This document shows positions 59,391 through 64,000 of a stretch of DNA of 64,000 bases, piece after piece. Numbering within the stretch: position 1 is the stretch's first letter; the number at the start of each line of letters is the position of its first letter. This stretch comes from an uncultured Gemmatimonadales bacterium. Lineage in GTDB: Bacteria > Gemmatimonadota > Gemmatimonadetes > Gemmatimonadales > GWC2-71-9. The translations under genes and the position numbers were made by a program. The notes below the pieces were generated by a model. It did not search any database and was not told the DNA's origin. It saw nothing but the letters and a program-made list of their open reading frames with translations. The stretch is taken from the NCBI GenBank assembly GCA_963825055.1, contig CAWGSK010000013.1, positions 73,399-137,398 on the forward strand. The letters are read 5' to 3'.

Positions 59391-59442
59391 GTCTCACTGA
59401 GGCGTGAGACAGTCTCACGGAGTCTCAGGGTTCAGTGAGACT
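59391..59442. promoter_or_regulatory. Cluster of five GTCTCA(C/G) units in alternating orientation (two hairpins) upstream of Rhs-1
   Basis: GTCTCAC-TGAGGC-GTGAGAC (59391..59410) and AGTCTCAC-N15-AGTGAGACT (59411..59442), 113-164 nt upstream of the Rhs-1 ATG. Function unknown. Confidence 0.4.
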
Positions 59443-59578
59443 GGGCGGGCAGGCGGGCAGGCGGACAGGCGGGCAGGCGGGCAGGCGGACAGGCGGGCAG
59501 GCGGACAGGCGGACAGGCGGACAGGCGGACAGGCGGACAGGCGGACAGGCGGACAGGCGGACAGGCGGACAGGCGGAC
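59443..59578. repeat. (GGACAGGC/GGGCAGGC)x17 octamer array
   Basis: Read directly. Same unit and same orientation as the array at 51599..51693. Confidence 0.9.
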
Positions 59579-59747
59579 TCGAAGCTAATGAACAATTGCC
59601 AAGTCAGGATTGTGCGGTCTTAGGCCATATATCGGCCGGATTCGTGCCTGTAGGGGAACACGGGACGTGAGCAACGCGCCCCGACCTCGCTTCGGTTAAT
59701 AAACTCCGGGACGCCGATGACGCCGCCCGCGGTATTCACACGGCCTG

Positions 59748-59955
59748 ATGTCCGACCAGCCGAAGGATCCTGTCCGGATCACCGTCAAGCCGCTCGGCAC
59801 GATCGTCGTGCACGGCGAGGTCCGGGTGGAGGATCGGGAAGGGAACGAGATCCCGTTGCCGGTCGCGAAGAATCCGGGGATGGTGAAGTTCTGTGGGTGC
59901 GGGCGGAGCAGGGAGAAGCCGTTTCTGCGACGGGAGCCACAAGTGCAGCGAGTAG
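59748..59955 (+). pseudogene. CDGSH iron-sulfur domain protein, +1 frameshift in a TTT run at about 59922-59925
   Basis: ...VKFCGCGRSREKPF, then after removing one base CDGSHKCSE*. This restores the C-x-C-x2-S-x3-P-x-CDGSH signature. Confidence 0.6.
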
Positions 59956-60465
59956 CGAATAGCGAGTAGTGCGTCGTACGAGCGGCCGGACGGCCGCCCG
60001 AGAGGTGGCACGGGATCGACGGCTGTCTACCCGATGCTGCGCCTGCCATTTGACGGCGCTCTGGCGGCCCGCAGGCCGCCCGTGAGATGGCCAGGGATCG
60101 AGGGCAACCCCTCCCAATGGGGCATGAGCCAATCGACCGCCTACATGGCGGCCGGACAGTGGCACGTGGGGGTTACCCGGGATTGTTCATTGCTTCAAAC
60201 GCAAGGGCTTGCCACACCGAGCCGTCCTCTCGCCGGCGTGCTCCTGCCGGGTGGCGACGATAGGTCGACGTCGCGCTCGCGCTCCGCCTCACGGGTCCTC
60301 GGGCCGGCAGAGACCCTCCGATCCTTCCCTGGCTCAATCGCGGGGGCAAGTCAAAACAAGTGGATTACTTCATCTTTGGTGACTCTCGTGGGCGGAACAC
60401 CTGCCGCTAAGGCAATCTCAGGTTCGGCCTGACCCGATATCCTATAAATTCGAACTGGAAAAGGA

Positions 60466-61128
60466 CTACAGTGACAGAAACTTGCGGAGCCAGATCAGCC
60501 AGGCCGGCACACCTAGGATACGCAATTGTCCTAACTCGCGCTCGCGCTTCGGGACGTCTTCCCACCACTCGGTTTCCAACGCGTGTCTTGCTTCGTCTGC
60601 GAGTAATGTAGCGTCAGGCAGTTGTGTAGCAAAGTCGATCTCGGCCCTTACGCAGATTTGTTCAATCCGTCTACGGTTGCGCGGAAGATACCGGATCCCG
60701 GCTCTATAGACTCGAGCATGGGTCGCCTCGTGAACGAGCGTCATGGCCAGACTAGCCAGTGGTGCGGTCAAGATGTGTCTCGCGCTTAGCACACAAGCAT
60801 CAAGGAAATGCCAGTAGGATCCTGCACTGCCACCACTAGGCCCGATGATGATTCGATGAAATGCCTTTCGCATCCTGTTGATGCGCCCAGGCTCAGCATC
60901 TTCGATAAAGTCAAGCAGTTCCTCAATTCGTTCGAAAAGCGTTTCCTCCTGCTTGATTTCCGAGAAATTCGCAACATCGAACCTTCCAACTACGCGGACC
61001 ACCGACAGGCGAAATGCCGCTTGTAGCATGAGGGCCTGAATGGTGGATCGAATGGCCCCGGGGTTCAGAGTCAATCGCAATGGCCTGGTCTCAGTCCTTC
61101 TTTTGATCTTCATCTGGCTTCGTTTCAT
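60466..61128 (-). CDS. HExxH-motif protein in the immunity position downstream of Rhs-2
   Basis: The start (M at 61128 or 61113) overlaps the Rhs-2 3' end. Lower-GC region. LAMTLVHEATHARVY resembles a thermolysin-like zinc site. No TM helices seen. Confidence 0.55.
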   Translation of the reverse strand: MKRSQMKIKRRTETRPLRLTLNPGAIRSTIQALMLQAAFRLSVVRVVGRFDVANFSEIKQEETLFERIEELLDFIEDAEPGRINRMRKAFHRIIIGPSGGSAGSYWHFLDACVLSARHILTAPLASLAMTLVHEATHARVYRAGIRYLPRNRRRIEQICVRAEIDFATQLPDATLLADEARHALETEWWEDVPKRERELGQLRILGVPAWLIWLRKFLSL

Positions 61129-64000
61129 CAGGTTTGGGCGGTTTGGCGGGCTCCTCAAACTCAGGTGGATTATCGGAGCCTTTAACGCGATCGGGAACAC
61201 CTCCCCCAATCCACCCAGCACCCGCGATAAGAATCCGCCTCAGCCAGTCTCCAGCACTCGCCATCTCAGCAACAAGGCCGTCAGCAACGCGTGTCACACT
61301 GCTAATGTCTCTCGCCGCTCCCACCATTCCACCAACGACCACTCCCGCCGTGCCCCCTACGAGAGCGCCACCACCACCCCCTGCCACGGTTCCCACACCC
61401 GGCACGACGAATGTGCCTCCCGTGGCGCCTATAACAGCTCCACCCAATCCACCTGCGAGTAGGCCCGCTCCAGCCATTGTAAACGTACACGGTATACCAT
61501 CCTTCTCAATCGGGCACAGTCCAAAGGGGTCCGTGTTCCTCACCGGGTCGTTACCATTAAACTGGAACAGATTCAGCCCACCTCCGACTCCGATTGGATC
61601 CTCCTGCGTCCATCTGCCCGTCCGGGCATCATAGGCCCGATTCCGGAACAGAGACACGTCCGGAATGTCAACATTGCTGAACCGGTCCGGATCAAAGCTG
61701 CTGGCACCCTTCGTGGCCCCCGCGAAGCGCCACTGAGAAGGCAGAGTACTTCCACCTTCCTCGTCCGCGTTCAGACTGCCGTCACCGTGGCCAGCCGAGA
61801 GTTGACGACCCTGTCCATCCGTCACGACGTACACGGGCTGACCCTGGACGACGTCGCCGGTGCCCCGCAGCACCGCCAGCATCGGGTCATCCAGGCCGGG
61901 GCCGTGGAAGAACCGCCACCGGTTGTTCCCTCCGTAATAGCCAGCCGTCGGATTCGCCCCGTCGAACGTCAGGAACAGTCCTGTCTCGTCACAGGGCAGA
62001 AACATCTGACCATCAGCGTCGTACCGGCAACCGTCCTCGTTGTCCGTCAGCACGACGCCGCCGTTGTACGACTGGCCTTTCATCATGCCCGTCATGCGCC
62101 CGAGGGCGTCGTAGTAGTACGCTCTCACCAGAGGGATATTCTGCGCAATGAGGGGGCTCGGCAACTCGAATCGACGCGCGCCGGATCCCGTATAGGTATG
62201 CGTAATCGTCGGGCCGGACCAGAGCGAGTCATGATCGCTGGTCAGGCGGTTGGTACCGCTGCCCATGACGAAGACGGTCCAGAGGGTGTGGTTAGCATCC
62301 AGCTTGAAGGCCAGGTTGCCGGCGTCGTCGTAGCGCATCGAATCGACCTGACCGCCCTGCAGCTGCTGGCTGGTCAACATGCCCAGCTGATTGTACCGGT
62401 TGACCTCGGAGCCGTGACTGCCGGCACACGGGGTATTGCTGTAGGTCGTGGTGCCGGGGCACACGGCTGACGATTGCTGGATGCGGCCAATGAGATCGAC
62501 CTTCTCCCGCTCCCAGGTAAACCGGTGTCGATTATCTGTGGCGGAGCTGGTGTTGGTCGCCTGCGCCCACCGCAGCTCGCCTGCTCTCCCATACCGCAAT
62601 TCCACGGCCAGGTTGCTTTCGGGATAGCCGACCCGCTTGCGCCTTCCCAGCGTGTCCCAGTCGAAGGCGAACGTTTTCTGGACGTTTCCCGTTCCCGACT
62701 TGTACCAGACGGCCATTGTCGCCAGATCGCCGGCGGCGTCGTAGCCGTAGACCATGGTATCCTTCCCCGCGTAGACCACCTTGCTGATGGCGCCGGTTTC
62801 GTTGTAGGAGTAGGCGATGGAGTCGGAAAACACGGTGTCCTGGAGGATGGTCACCTTCTTGCGTAGTGAGCCGTCCGCATAGTAGCCGCGCCGGATAAGG
62901 CTGTTCCTGTTCCTGGTTTCGATCAGATTGCCGAAACCATCGTAGGTGTACTGAATCGTATCCGCCGGTGAGGTGTAACTACCGAAAGCATCTGAATTCA
63001 CTCTGGGCGGGAGAATCGTCTTAGTACGCCGGCCCATCAGGTCGTAGGTGTGGCTCACCGTCAGCGAGTCGCGACTGGCCATCGAGGTCACGAGGCCTGC
63101 CTGGTCCAGGGTAGCCGTCTGGGCACGATTGAATTCGTCCTTCTCGGTGATCGTCAGCCCCCGTGCATCCCGGACGTAGCGGCGCTTGACCCCTCTGGGA
63201 TCAGACAGGGAGTCCAGCCCGGTCGCGCCCTGGTAATAATAGGTCTTCAAGGCGTAGTCGCCGTACTTGTGAGGGGTATAGGGGCTGGTCAGATCGGTGC
63301 ATTGGTTATAGCTCGACTGGCAACCGATCATCCGGTTGGATGAATGCGGGTAGCCACTGGGCCAGCTCAGGAAAGCAATGGTGTATCGTCGATGCAGAGT
63401 GACTCGATTCAGGGCGTCATAGTCCCACTCTTCGCGGTTGGCAAGCGGGTCGTACGCAGCGGTGACCCTGCCGTACAAATCCCGGACATAGGTATTGATC
63501 CCTCCCTGCGGGAGACTGTCGACCTTCAGGTTGCCCATGGCGTCGTAGTAGAAGCGGTGGGCAAGATCCTGATTTACGGTTGTGTTTGTGCTCGCCTTCC
63601 AGGTGGGGACCGCCGAGTTCCGTTACGGTCTTCAACTGGCCCTTGGGGTTCCATGTGGTTTCGCTGTAGACGTAGTCTGTTCGGTAGGCGCGTCCATCGA
63701 TGGAGTGATCGAGCAGGCCCATGTTGTTGTACACGTATGTAGTTGCGTTGTAAGAGGCGTCCTGGACCGAAATCGGCAAGAAGACCAGCCCTCGGTGATA
63801 CTCGTTCCTGAGTTGCTGTAGGTGTACTGCCTGAGCCGGCTGGGCGACTGAGGCTGTCGTCCAAGCCCGGGCTGAGCACTTGAGTTAACCGGAGCCGGCC
63901 ATAGTCGTCGTACTCCGCCAAATCCACGAGGCCCGTGGCCGTGTGACCATGGTGACCAGGGCAGGGACCGATACTGGCCGCGTTCCACGATAGTCACATT
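61091..64000 (-). pseudogene. Rhs/YD-repeat protein with glycine-zipper C-terminal domain; 5' part frameshifted and running off the window
   Basis: Intact 815-aa ORF 61091..63538 (YD repeats; core end RAYDARTGRWTQEDPIGVGGGLNLFQFNGNDPVRNTDPFGL). YD-repeat coding continues upstream in other frames, with shifts at the G4 run 63605-63608, at about 63790-63850 and at about 63970. Confidence 0.8.

Noticed and set aside
59443-59578. Possible CRISPR array (and likewise 51599..51761 and 26251..26430).
   Set aside because: The period is only 7-8 bp, there are no unique spacers, and no cas genes are in the window. These are microsatellites, not CRISPRs.
60034-60432. A 132-aa plus-strand ORF between the CDGSH gene and the HExxH gene.
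   Set aside because: It has no start context, no motifs and odd composition, and it spans a GC transition. It is probably non-coding island DNA.
54356-64000. Assigning the Rhs proteins to a type VI secretion system.
   Set aside because: No PAAR, VgrG, Hcp, Tss or adaptor genes are visible in this window, and Rhs-1 has a Sec signal peptide. T6SS dependence cannot be inferred from this window.

Overview
High-GC, gene-dense bacterial chromosome segment (GC judged by eye; phylum not determinable from this window). Most real genes are on the minus strand. The many long plus-strand ORFs in the track are antisense shadow ORFs.

**Core content**
- nuoABC, dcd, several secreted peptidases (M1, M28, M17, M20)
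- mdh-sdhCAB and trmL
- A roughly 15 kb minus-strand housekeeping array with many 4-bp start/stop overlaps: yicC-gmk-rpoZ-coaBC-udg-dnaB-radA-ispD-tsaC-PTP-aroE-comF, then gap-pgk-tpiA-secG-carA and an HU/IHF gene
- An ECF sigma/anti-sigma operon
- A divergent ku/ligD NHEJ pair

**Observations worth a second look**
1. A compact RiPP cluster at 10.8-14.6 kb, in the order PqqD-like, truncated Asn-synthetase-like cyclase, 48-aa peptide, HprK-like kinase, nucleotidyltransferase. The peptide fits the lasso leader motif exactly and ends in Ser. I see no B2 leader protease or exporter nearby.
2. A lower-GC Rhs/YD-repeat toxin island at about 53.2 to beyond 64 kb. It abuts a truncated tRNA-Leu(CAA) 3' fragment. 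It carries one intact Sec-signal Rhs with an unrecognised C-terminal domain. It also carries a frameshifted Rhs with a glycine-zipper C-terminal domain, followed by an HExxH protein in the immunity slot.
3. Many intergenic 7-8 bp tandem-repeat arrays, often as inverted pairs. One pair brackets a four-helix-bundle gene like a cassette.
4. A cluster of frameshifts inactivating moaD-moaE-moaA, plus isolated frameshifts in other genes. These are either real decay or indel errors in the assembly.

All protein family calls are from my reading of the translations. No searches were run.
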